Translations under genes and position numbers: made by a program
Part shown: piece after piece, positions 52,952 through 64,000 of the stretch
How the letters are laid out: each line of letters opens with the position of its first letter
How positions within the stretch are numbered: the first letter of the stretch is position 1
Notes under the pieces: generated by a model
What the model was told of the DNA's origin: nothing
Database searches by the model: none
Seen by the model: only the letters and a program-made list of their open reading frames with translations
Origin: Nitrospirota bacterium
GTDB lineage: Bacteria; Nitrospirota; UBA9217
Assembly (NCBI GenBank): GCA_963796285.1
Contig: CAWCKW010000012.1
Span: forward strand, 1,152,001 to 1,216,000
DNA length: 64,000 bases
Direction: 5' to 3'

Positions 52952-54499
52952 ATGAATCTCAGGGTCGCCGCGCTCGCTGCATTCTCCGGGATTCTTCTTG
53001 CCGTCGCATTCCCCACACTCGACCTCCACTACCTCGCCTGGATCGCCCTGCTGCCGCTGTTCTTCGCGCTCAAGGGACAGAGTGTCAAGAACGGATTCTG
53101 GCTCGGCGGAATCGCCGGGATCGTGTATTTTGCCGGCACCGTCCACTGGGTCACGAACTCCGTGCACTTTTACGGCGGCATTCCGATCGTACCGGCATCG
53201 CTCATCACCCTGCTCCTCTGCGCCTACCTGGCGCTCTACCCCGCGGTCTTCGGCGCCGCTGCCGTGCATATCAGGAAAAACCACCCCTCGCTGTTTTTTG
53301 TCGCCGCTCCCGCGCTCTGGACCACGCTCGAGCTCGCGCGCACCTACGTGTTCAGCGGCTTCCCCTGGTCGCTGCTCGGCTACTCGCAATATCTTGCCCT
53401 GCCCGTGATCCAGATAGCGGACATCACCGGCGTGTATGGCATCTCATTCCTGATCGTGCTGGTAAATGCCGTTCTCGCGGAATTCATCATGAACAGAAAA
53501 AACTATGTCGGCTTGATTACCGCCGTGGTTGCATTGATGCTCGTGCTGGGTTACGGGTTCGTGAAATTACGGACACCGGAGCAGAGGTCCGGAATGAAGG
53601 TATCGGTGGTGCAGGGAAACATCGAGCAGGACAAAAAATGGGACCCCGCATATCAGGCGGAAACGCTGGCGGTGTACACGCGGTTGACCCGGGAAGCGCT
53701 CTTGGAGCAGCCGGACCTCGTGATCTGGCCCGAAACCGCCGTACCGTTCTACTTTAGCGGTAGTGCGCCGGCAGACCAGGCCATGACCGCGGATCTCGCC
53801 GCTTTCGTGAAACAGAACAGGGTCCCGCTCCTCTTCGGCAGCCCAACCTATGAAGTAAAACCGAACAGACAGATCATCGGCCGGAACTCGGCGTTCCTGC
53901 TCTCTGCTGACGGACTGGTTGCGGCGACCTATCACAAGATCCACCTGGTGCCTTTCGGTGAGTACGTGCCTCTCAAGAATGTCCTGTTCTTTGTCGGAAA
54001 GATGGTCCAGGCGATCGGGGACTTTCAGGCCGGCGATGAGTACACGGTGATGACAGTCCCTGTTCAGGGAAATGGTGCGCATGCCGGCGCCAAGCTGAGC
54101 ACCGTCATCTGCTATGAGATCATCTTCCCCGATCTGGTCAGGCGATTTGTGGACAAGGGGGCGAACGTGATCACCACTATCACGAACGACGCATGGTTCG
54201 GCAGGACCGCTGCCCCGTACCAGCACTTCTCCATGGCGGTCTTTCGGGCTGTTGAAAACCGCGTGCCCGTGGCCCGCGCGGCGAACACCGGCATCTCGGG
54301 TTTCATTGACGCACAAGGCCACATCCTGGCCGAGTCGGGGATCTTCACCCAGGCGCACCTGACACATACGATCGTCCCGGGCACTGAAAAGACCTTTTAT
54401 ACCCGCTACGGAGACGTTTTCTCCTACCTCTGCGTGCTTGCGAGCATCGGGCTGATCATAATAAGAGGGTCCCGTCGGACAGATAAGTCTGTGCGATAA
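52952..54499 (+). CDS. lnt: apolipoprotein N-acyltransferase
   Basis: GFPW..LGYSQ, VQGNI, WPETA, KIHLVPFGEYVP, ICYEIIFP, TNDAWFG, RAANTGIS. Confidence 0.97.
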   Translation: MNLRVAALAAFSGILLAVAFPTLDLHYLAWIALLPLFFALKGQSVKNGFWLGGIAGIVYFAGTVHWVTNSVHFYGGIPIVPASLITLLLCAYLALYPAVFGAAAVHIRKNHPSLFFVAAPALWTTLELARTYVFSGFPWSLLGYSQYLALPVIQIADITGVYGISFLIVLVNAVLAEFIMNRKNYVGLITAVVALMLVLGYGFVKLRTPEQRSGMKVSVVQGNIEQDKKWDPAYQAETLAVYTRLTREALLEQPDLVIWPETAVPFYFSGSAPADQAMTADLAAFVKQNRVPLLFGSPTYEVKPNRQIIGRNSAFLLSADGLVAATYHKIHLVPFGEYVPLKNVLFFVGKMVQAIGDFQAGDEYTVMTVPVQGNGAHAGAKLSTVICYEIIFPDLVRRFVDKGANVITTITNDAWFGRTAAPYQHFSMAVFRAVENRVPVARAANTGISGFIDAQGHILAESGIFTQAHLTHTIVPGTEKTFYTRYGDVFSYLCVLASIGLIIIRGSRRTDKSVR

Positions 54500-54770
54500 T
54501 CAGAGAGAAGTGCAAATTTTAAATCAATATTTCATTGAGGAACTGATGTTTGAAGTGATAACCTTCGAATCGTATTATCCCCTTCTCCGCTTGACAGTGA
54601 ACGTAAATAATAACAGACTACTTCTTGTACTCTTGGAGTATCTGTTCTTTGCAAGAATCTCATTTTCAACTTGTATTCTTCAATCAATAGCTACCCCTCT
54701 ATAACCGCACGACATCCGCCTATGACGCCGCCGTTCCGTTGTTTACTAAAAGATGGTGTGATGACTAATT

Positions 54771-55715
54771 TTATGTTTCTACTGTCGTGGCCGTCTGTCG
54801 CAAACTCGTGATATCCCGTAACGGCGGTGCACCGAACATGCGGCCGTACTCGCGGCTGAATTGAGAAGGGCTCTCATAGCCTACCTGAAACGCCGCGGTT
54901 GTTGCATCCTGCTTTTCAGCGAGCATTAGCCGCCGCGCTTCGTTCAAACGCAGCCATTTCTGGTACTGCAGCGGGCTCATTGCCGTCACCTGCCGGAAGT
55001 GATGGTGGAAGGTCGAGGTGCTCATATTGACCTGCGCTGCGAGGTCATCGATGCGCAGCGTCTTCGTAAAGTTCCCCTTCAGCCAATCAATCGCACGCGC
55101 TATCTGATTGCTCTGGCTTCCCGTTGCTGCGATCTGTCGCAGACGCGCTCCCTGATCGCCTGTAAGCAAACGGTAGAAAATTTCGCGCTCGATGACCGGA
55201 GCAAGGATCGGGATATCCTTCGGCTCATTAAGCAGGTCGATTAGCCTTTGAAAGGCGGCTAGCAGCGGCAGCGTGACTTCGCCCGTCGCCATGCCGCGGC
55301 TCGATTGCTGGGGTCGCGGCGGTGGAAGGTTGCTGTCAACCATGAGTTGTGAAATCTCTCGCTGGTCGATGTTCAGCACGAGGCCCAGGTACGGCTTTTC
55401 CGGGCTCGCTTTGATGACTTGTACGAACGTGGGCAGATCCACGGATGTAAGCAGGAAATGGTGCGCGTCATACACATACGCGTCGTCTCCGAGATGCACG
55501 CGTTTGGCCCCTTGCGCGATCACACAGATGCGCGGTTCGTACAGGATGCTTATAGGCTCGCTCGGTTCGTCCCGTCGAGCAAGTATCAATCCCGGGATAG
55601 CGGTCTCGACCCGGTCGCTTGAACCGGTCCATCGGGCAATGCTCTTCCCCAAAACTTCGAGCGCATTTTCCATTCCATTGTTCTCATTTTTCTGCTTCAT
55701 TGAGCGCTTTATCAT
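54771..55715 (-). CDS. AraC-family regulator (YqhC-like)
   Basis: AQGAK AraC_N domain. MSPLQYQKWLRLNEARRLM, VGYESPSQFSREY. Confidence 0.93.
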   Translation of the reverse strand: MIKRSMKQKNENNGMENALEVLGKSIARWTGSSDRVETAIPGLILARRDEPSEPISILYEPRICVIAQGAKRVHLGDDAYVYDAHHFLLTSVDLPTFVQVIKASPEKPYLGLVLNIDQREISQLMVDSNLPPPRPQQSSRGMATGEVTLPLLAAFQRLIDLLNEPKDIPILAPVIEREIFYRLLTGDQGARLRQIAATGSQSNQIARAIDWLKGNFTKTLRIDDLAAQVNMSTSTFHHHFRQVTAMSPLQYQKWLRLNEARRLMLAEKQDATTAAFQVGYESPSQFSREYGRMFGAPPLRDITSLRQTATTVET

Positions 55716-55779
55716 GGATGCCTCCTGACTCTATACTACCAAACGCAACTTATCTGTCAACCCAATTATGGAAGATTTC

Positions 55780-55847
55780 GGACGATTAGGCAAGAAAAGA
55801 GCAGGATTGGTCTACCAACCTCTGCTCTTTCAGAGGTAGGATATGAT
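55780..55847 (+). promoter_or_regulatory. AraC-activated promoter with tandem half-sites
   Basis: GGACGATTAGGCAA and GCAGGATTGGTCTA, 21 bp apart, followed by TATGAT at about 55842. Confidence 0.55.
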
Positions 55848-55864
55848 CGTTAATAGGAACTCGC

Positions 55865-55957
55865 TCTCCTTCAAAGAGAGGGCTGGGGTGAGGATGGGTT
55901 AGCGCCTCGTTCCGTAACGATCCATCCCCACCTTGATCTTCCCCTTGAAGGGGAGGC
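55865..55957. repeat. REP-like palindrome (CTCTCC...GAGAGGG.TGGGGTGAGG type)
   Basis: CTCTCCTTCAAAGAGAGGGCTGGGGTGAGGATGGG / CCATCCCCACCTTGATCTTCCCCTTGAAGGGGAGG. Confidence 0.65.
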
Positions 55958-55973
55958 AGCTTTGATAAAATAG

Positions 55974-57391
<1,418 letters not shown>

Positions 57392-57418
57392 TTGAAAAGC
57401 CCTGACCGACAGACCACT

Positions 57419-58513
57419 ATGCGATATACTAAGATCAGGGACAAAGAGCTGCAAGGAGGCAGCTTGCCTAGTCGGATATTAACACTGCTCTGGGTCGGGA
57501 TCTCCATCTCATTTGTCACTGGTCGAGATATCACTGCTCAAGAGACCAAGGAACGCCCTATGACACCTTACAGCACGACAACAGCATCGAAAGATCATGG
57601 AAGCTATGACCATATAACAACCCATGATACCGTGCGCGACATCGTGAACCATCCGGCATTTAAAGGCTTTAGCCAGCTCATCCTTCCGAAGGATAATAAC
57701 GCCTATTACTATGACACGCCGCTCAGTAATGTTCGTGCGCTCATGCCTTATCACAGCCATGTGGACCCCGACATTGTAGTGGCTGCGCTTAACCACATGA
57801 TTGATGAAGTCAAAGACGGCAAAACCATATTCTACGATTTCTACACTGAGCAGCAAAAGCAGGAGGATCCCGCCAAAGAAGAACACAGGACTCTTCTACT
57901 TCCGGGGAGAACCGGGAGCCCCGTTTGCCATTGTGTGCCCTGGCGGAGGATTTTCCTACGTCGGCTCCCTGCATGAAGGTTTTCCGCTCGCTTTGGAGAT
58001 AAGTAAGAAGAAATATAACGCTTTTGTCATACGGTATCGCATAGGGAGCGAGCAAAGTGCGACAGCGGATCTGGCGGCGGCGATAGCCTACATTTTCAGG
58101 AACGCTGAAGCACTCAGGGTAAGCACTGAAGATTACTCTTTATGGGGAGGTTCTGCCGGCGCCAGGATAGTGGGCAATATTGCTTTACGCGGAGTTGCAA
58201 CTTACGCGGGCGGCAATCTGCCGAAACCATCTATAGCGGTTATAGGGAATACCGGTCAATCAAGCTATTCAAAATATTTTCTTTGTCCTACTTTTATTCG
58301 GTGAGCGAAAATGATCTTATAGCGAATATTGCGGCCGTTGACAAGCGCGTCGAAAATCTGAGAAATGCCGGAGTAGCGGTCGAATATCGTAGATATAGAA
58401 TCTGCCGGTCACGGCTTCGGGTTTGGAACAGGCACCGATGCCGAAGGATGGTTAGACCACGCCGTTCGGTTTTGGGAAAAGCATTTGTCCAAGGGAGCAA
58501 AATGACACTATGA
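57419..58513 (+). CDS. alpha/beta hydrolase (several frameshifts)
   Basis: CPGGGF, WGGSAGA nucleophile elbow, GHGFG. Confidence 0.8.
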
Positions 58514-58609
58514 GCAACCATTCCATTCGTAAGGTGGCCGAACAATAATATGAGGTTACTCCGTTGGAAGATGTACAATTTGTTTATGGCACATGAGAGG
58601 AGATAAACC

Positions 58610-59628
58610 ATGCGAGGAGCTGTTCTCTACGGGCCGCGCGACGTGCGTTTCGAGGAGCGCGAAGACCCGAAGATCATCAAGCCGACCGATGCCATCATCA
58701 GGATCTCGGCCACCTGCGTGTGCGGGTCCGATCTGTGGCCTTACCGCGGCATCAACCCGATCACCCAGCCGACACCGATGGGGCACGAGTACTGCGGCAT
58801 CGTCGAGGAGGTCGGGAGCGCGGTCACCACGGTCAAGCGCGGCCAGTTCGTGATCGGTTCGTTCTTCGCCTCCGACAACACCTGCCCCACCTGCCAGATC
58901 GGCTATCAGTCGTCCTGCCAGCATCGCGAACTTATGGGCGGTGCGCAGGCGCCCTTTCTGCGCGTCCCGCACGCGGACGGCACCCTGGTGGCGACTCCGG
59001 AGGTTCCCTCGGACGACCTGATCCCGAGCCTGCTGACGCTCTCCGACGTCATGGGCACCGGCTGGTTCGCCGCCGACGCGGCGCAACGTAAAGCCGGGCA
59101 AGACGGTCGTGGTCGTCGGCGACGGCGCGGTCGGACTGCTCGGCGTGCTTTCCGCAAAGCAGATGGGTGCCGAGCGGATCATCGCGATGAGCCGCCATGA
59201 GTCGCGGACAGAAGCTCGCCCGCGAGTTCGGCGCGACCGACATCGTGACCGAGCGCGGTGACGAGGGCGTGGCCCGGATCAAGGAGATGACCAACGGAAT
59301 CGGCGCTGACTCGGTGCTGGAGTGCGTCGGCACCCAGGAGTCGATGATGCAGGCGATCCATTCCACCCGCCCGGGCGGATACGTGGGCTACGTCGGCGTC
59401 CCGCACGGGGTCGAGCTCAACGGCCAGGAGCTGTTCTTCGCCCACGTCCATCTCCACGGCGGCCCCGCGCCGGTGCGCCGCTACCTGCCCGATCTGATCG
59501 GTCTTGTGCTGAAGGGGAAGATCGACCCCGGCAAGGTATTCGACCTGACGCTGCCCCTCGACCAGGTGGCCGAGGGCTACCGCGCGATGGACGAGCGCCG
59601 CGCGATCAAGACGCTGCTGCGGCCATAA
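58610..59628 (+). CDS. zinc-dependent alcohol dehydrogenase (frameshifts near 59085 and 59200)
   Basis: CVCGSDL, GHE, CPTCQIG..SSC, VVGDGAVG. Confidence 0.92.
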
Positions 59629-59656
59629 AAATTAAACTAGGCAAAGGAGAATACAC

Positions 59657-59982
59657 ATGTCAGACAGCGATGTAAAAAAAGCGACAGATGAGTTGAAGGA
59701 CTAGCGCCGGATTATGCGCAATTGACACAGGATTTGCTTTTCGGTGATGTTTGGAAGACGTCCGCCGCTCTCGCAGCGCGATAAAAGCCTGATCACGGTG
59801 GCACTGTTTGGTTGCGCTGAATCAGAATCGAGCAGGTCGAATTCCACCTGAAGAAGGCTATGGAAAACGGCCTTACGAAGGAAGAGCTCGTGGCCGCGAT
59901 CACGCATATTGCGTTTTATGCCGGATGGCCGACAGCGGCGTCGGGCCTTAATCACCTGAAAAAAGTGATCGATCAGAAATAA
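59657..59982 (+). CDS. carboxymuconolactone decarboxylase (AhpD-like) family protein (frameshifted)
   Basis: LLFGDVW, LSQRDKSLITVA, FHLKKAMENGLTKEEL...HIAFYAGWP. Confidence 0.85.
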
Positions 59983-59999
59983 GTGAGGAGTATTTAATT

Positions 60000-60539
60000 A
60001 TGAATTTATCTAGTAAAAAATGCCTGATAGCTTATTTTTCCCGGAAGGGGCAAAATTATGTCAGTGGGAGGCTTGTCGATCTAAAAGTCGGCAATACCGA
60101 AGTTGTCGCAAACATGATCCAGAAAATAGCGGGCGGCGTTCTGTTTCATATTGAATCCGTCACAGCCTATCCCAACGATTATAAGGAAGCTACGGAAGTA
60201 GCCAAGAATGAACTGCGTGCCAAAGCCAGGCCGAAGCTGACAGGACAGGTTGAGAACATGGGGGCATATGATGTGATCTTTTTGGGATATCCGAATTGGT
60301 GGGGAACGATGCCCATGCCGGTCTTCTCGTTCCTGGAAAGCTATGACTTTTCCGGAAAGACAATTGTACCATTTTGCACCCACGAGGGCAGCGGAATGGC
60401 CCATAGCGAGAAGGATATTGCCAAAGCATGTCCCAAAGCCACTGTGCTGAAGGGAATCGCTATTCATGGAACCAATGCAGGTTCCGCGAATTCAGATGTG
60501 TCGAAATGGATTGATGGGCTGAGTATTTCCTTATTTTGA
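60000..60539 (+). CDS. flavodoxin
   Basis: IAYFS...GNT, YDVIFLGYPNWWGTMP, PFCTHEGSG. Confidence 0.92.
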   Translation: MNLSSKKCLIAYFSRKGQNYVSGRLVDLKVGNTEVVANMIQKIAGGVLFHIESVTAYPNDYKEATEVAKNELRAKARPKLTGQVENMGAYDVIFLGYPNWWGTMPMPVFSFLESYDFSGKTIVPFCTHEGSGMAHSEKDIAKACPKATVLKGIAIHGTNAGSANSDVSKWIDGLSISLF

Positions 60540-60609
60540 CAGCAGATAGGAAAAAGGAGATCGCAATGAACCTCCGTGGTATAAACTCTTAATGACATCT
60601 GCATCAATT

Positions 60610-61368
60610 CTACCCGGGCAGAGAGCAGACCGACTTGAGGAACACCGTTGACTTGAGCCGCTTGCCGAGGATGTTGAAGGTGTGTGCCGAGAATGCCTGG
60701 TCGAGCTCCTGCATGATCGTGGGAGAGGGTTTGAGCCTGCAGACCTTGTCCATGTCCATCCTGAGCGCCTGGTAATAGAACCCCACGGAACCCTGGGATA
60801 GCCGTATCTGCGGATCGCCGGACGATACCATGCAATCCGGGCAGAGCATGCCGCCCTTCATGCCGAGAAAGATAACATCCCCTTTCGGTTGCACGCCGCA
60901 GGAAAGGCAGTGGTCAAGCTTGGGCTGGTAGCCCAGGAGCGACAGGAACTTTATCTCGAAGATCCGGAGGAGGAAGTGCGGGTCCTCACCCTCGTCGAGA
61001 AGGTGGAGGACATGGGAAAGAAGCAGAAAGGCAGGCGCGTTGCGTTCGCCGAGCGGCGCCATCTCCCGCACCAGTTCGAGCATCACCGCGCCGACGGCGG
61101 CACGGCCCAGATCGCAGCCGATGGATGAGTGCTGTTCGATAATGTCCGTGGACTCGATCCGCGCGAGTTCCTGGTGCTCACGCTCGTGGAGGTGCAGCCT
61201 GGATATGGTAAAAGACTCGAGCCCTGCCCCGAAGCGGCGAAAGGACTTCCGCGCGTTCTTGGCAACGCCCTTCAGCATGCCCCGGTCGAGCGAGAAGAAC
61301 GTAACGAGTTTGTCCGCCTCGCCAAGGTTCATGCTGCTGATGATGATCGCTTCTGTCTTGGATTTCAT
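60610..61368 (-). CDS. recO: DNA repair protein RecO
   Basis: GEADKLV, AKNARKS, CLSCG...GGMLCPDC. Confidence 0.95.
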   Translation of the reverse strand: MKSKTEAIIISSMNLGEADKLVTFFSLDRGMLKGVAKNARKSFRRFGAGLESFTISRLHLHEREHQELARIESTDIIEQHSSIGCDLGRAAVGAVMLELVREMAPLGERNAPAFLLLSHVLHLLDEGEDPHFLLRIFEIKFLSLLGYQPKLDHCLSCGVQPKGDVIFLGMKGGMLCPDCMVSSGDPQIRLSQGSVGFYYQALRMDMDKVCRLKPSPTIMQELDQAFSAHTFNILGKRLKSTVFLKSVCSLPG

Positions 61369-61645
61369 GGCCGTTCCTCACTGCTGGATGATGTAGTATA
61401 CACTGAGGGAGGTCCGGATAAAAGAAGGAATTGAGACGAGAAAAAGCCGACGACCTGCTTAGCTTCATGGACGCTGACGGTCAGGATAGACGGAACATGC
61501 ACTTGCTCCGGTATGCTTAATGAGAAGGCAACCCCGATGCCTGCCCGGAGGAAGCATGATCCTTACTCTCCAGACGCGTCTTTGCCATATTTCTTGTGGT
61601 GCGACCTGGTGTTTCGAATTAATTGCATTGCACGAACCAAGCCTA

Positions 61646-62368
61646 TTATAGGGACAGCCCCTGCGAGATCTGTTTTTTTATGTACTCCCGAATAAACGCC
61701 CTGTCTTTCTCATCGATCTGGACGAACTTCATTCCCATCCCCGGTCGTTGGTCCTTCCCTCCGGTTTTCTGTGAGATGTACAGCACAATAGCCGTTGCAT
61801 TGATCACCTTGTCTTCGATATTCAGCGTGAGGGGAACAACTGTCTTCATTGGATCGGGCGTGAGTGTCCTTATGTAGAGACCGCCATCTGACAGCTCAAT
61901 GACGGTTTCCTGCCTCACTGATCCTCCCGGTGCTTTCTTGTCGCCCACCTCAACCTTGAAGGCCGTTTCGATCCTCACCGTATGTCTTGGTGAAGATTCA
62001 AGCGCGGCCTGGATGGTCGTATACAGCTCTTCAATTTCTACCGGCTTCTTGAAATATGCCGTGCAGCCCGCGGTCATGCATTGCTCCCTTATTCCCGGGC
62101 CGTCATCGGCGCTCTGAATGACAACGGGAACGGTCTTCAGGCGCTGGTCCTGCTTCATCGTCGTGAGCAGGCCGATACCGTTCATCTCGGGGAGCGCAAA
62201 CTCCGTTATTACGAGCGAAGGCAGAATATCGGCCATTACTTTTACGGCATCCTCCGCCGAGGCGGCGCTATGGACCGCATATTCGAGCCTTCTGAGCATC
62301 GTCCCCAGGTAAAAGCGATGGGAGGCGCTGCTGTCGACAATCAGGAGAGTGCGATTTTCTCGGTCCAT
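61646..62368 (-). CDS. atypical receiver-PilZ domain protein
   Basis: REC fold (LLIVD, LPEMNG, KP), then PRHTVR, LSDGGLYI, GMGMKF. Confidence 0.88.
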   Translation of the reverse strand: MDRENRTLLIVDSSASHRFYLGTMLRRLEYAVHSAASAEDAVKVMADILPSLVITEFALPEMNGIGLLTTMKQDQRLKTVPVVIQSADDGPGIREQCMTAGCTAYFKKPVEIEELYTTIQAALESSPRHTVRIETAFKVEVGDKKAPGGSVRQETVIELSDGGLYIRTLTPDPMKTVVPLTLNIEDKVINATAIVLYISQKTGGKDQRPGMGMKFVQIDEKDRAFIREYIKKQISQGLSL

Positions 62369-62629
62369 TCCAGCCTCCTCCACGCCGTTGCATGTTCAAG
62401 CAGGGCCATGCAAAAAACGCTGCTGCGGCAAAATACAATCATTGAAAACGTTGGCCCGTCCGTTTCATTAATAAAATGGATACGGCAGCACTCAATAGCA
62501 GTAAATCGGTATCGAATATGAAACTGTCGTGGCAGCCAATAATGGCTTGCCTCTGCACTCTTGCCGGCGAATCGATGAACCCTGACCGCCTGCCATGAGA
62601 GATCCTGTTGAATGCCGGCTAGTTGCTCT

Positions 62630-63252
62630 TCAATCCACGCTTTTGGCTAGCTGCTGTTTCTTCTTTTTATGCGCCCTGACGTAGACGATGATGATTACGA
62701 TGCTCGCGATCACCACGCCGATCAAGGCCTGGTGCGAATACTTCATGATCAGTTCCTGGTTCGCGCCTATGACGTATCCGATGCAGGTGAGGATGGTCAC
62801 CCAGATGCCCGCGCCGAGCAGCGTATAGAGAGAGAATTTCATGTGGTTCATGCCCACCAGCCCTGCGGGAAGCGAGATAAGGTGCCGCACCACGGGGAGA
62901 GAGCCTGCCGATAAAGGTCGATACTTCGCCGTGGTCGTTGAAGAACTGCTCGACTTTCGCGAACTTCTCCTCCGTGATCCAGACATACTTGCCGTATTTC
63001 ACAGCAGCGGCCTGCCCAGATAATGCGCCGCATAGTAGTTCACGTAGGCGCCCACGAGGCTGCCGGCGGCGCCGCAAAGGATGGCGAGCGCCAAATGTTC
63101 ATCTGTCCCTGCTGCGCCAGATACCCTGCCGGCGGCATGATCAGCTCGCTCGGGACCGGGATGACCGAGCTCTCCATGGCCATGAGCAGAAAGATGCCGG
63201 GATAGCCCAGCGTCCCGATGGTCACGAGCAGCCAGATTATCAGTTCATGCAT
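62630..63252 (-). CDS. DedA-family membrane protein (frameshifts)
   Basis: MESSVIPVPSELIMPPAGY, FIGR, VRHLISLPAG. Confidence 0.9.
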
Positions 63253-63395
63253 AGTGGAATTTCTCCAAGTCTCGAAATCTCAAGTTCCAAGTCCTAAACA
63301 AGTTTCAAGTCTCGATGTTCTCATACGTTTCGAACGTTCGGGTTTCGACTTGATTCAATTATTTGAAATAAGAAACTGCGAATCTCGCTTTATCT

Positions 63396-64000
63396 TTACT
63401 CTTCTCCCAGTATCCCGAAGTTCTTCAGCATGCGCTCGTCCTCGCGCCAGCCCTTTTTCACCTTCACCAAGAGTTTCAGAAAGATCTTCGTCCCGAGCAG
63501 TTTCTCCGCATCCAGGCGGGCGAGCGTGCCGATCTGCTTTCAGCATGCCCCCGCCCTTGCCGATCAGGATGCCCTTCTGCGAGTCGCGTTCCACGTAGAT
63601 GACAGCGGGATCCGCGTGATGTCCGGGCTCTTCCTTCATTTCCTCGATGACCACCGCCGTGGAATAAGGGATCTCCTCCTTCGTAAGCTCAAAGATCTTT
63701 TCCCGGACAAGCTCGGACACAATGAACCGCTCAGGCTGGTCCGTCAGCTGGTCGTCGGGAAAGTACTTCGGGCCCTGGGGCAAACGTTTCAGGATCGTCT
63801 CGACAAGACCGCCAAGGTCGTTCTTGAGCGCTGACACGGGGATGATCTCGGCAAACTTGTAGAGTCGTGCTGTATTCCTGCATCAGCGGCAGAAGCGCTT
63901 CCTTTTTTATAAGGTCCACTTTATTGATCAGAAGAAATACGGGGGTCTTCACTGCAGAAAGGGTTTCGACGATGAACCGGTCTCCCCCGCCGGGCTGCTC
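63396..64000 (-). CDS. era: GTPase Era (5' end outside the window; frameshifts)
   Basis: INKVD, REKIF...[21 protein letters not shown] domain. Upstream of recO. Confidence 0.93.

Noticed and set aside
54526-54740. Minus-strand GTTATAG followed by an SD and a ~51-codon ORF as an integron cassette
   Set aside because: There is no convincing paired attC structure and the ORF has no recognisable motif.

Overview
64 kb of chromosomal DNA from a diderm, probably anaerobic bacterium. Gene content and style suggest Nitrospirota or Desulfobacterota, but this is an inference. The backbone is housekeeping: rpmB, truA, livMGF, prfB with its programmed +1 frameshift, thrS-infC-rpmI-rplT, argS-tgt-yajC-secD-secF, ubiX, hflX, pmbA, queD, lnt, recO and era. 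Accessory blocks are (1) a TetR-controlled operon combining TolC, an RND pump and a MacAB-type pump; (2) an uncharacterised periplasmic redox/metal locus with a His/Cys-lined beta-propeller carrying CxxCH, a Cys-Cys MacB-type ABC system, a TPR lipoprotein, NosL, a DUF4418-like protein and a convergent heptaheme cytochrome c plus cytochrome b; (3) two adjacent genes encoding three divergent Hfq/Sm domains; and (4) an AraC-regulated oxidoreductase island. Many gene junctions carry short palindromic or 7-9-mer periodic repeats. Numerous single-base indels hit even conserved genes (secD, era, tgt), so most split ORFs are probably sequencing errors. No rRNA, tRNA, CRISPR array or transposase was recognised. 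The best candidates for undescribed systems are the beta-propeller/NosL/DUF4418/Cbc-like locus (13.1-19.4 kb) and the possible heteromeric Hfq ring (52.1-53.0 kb).
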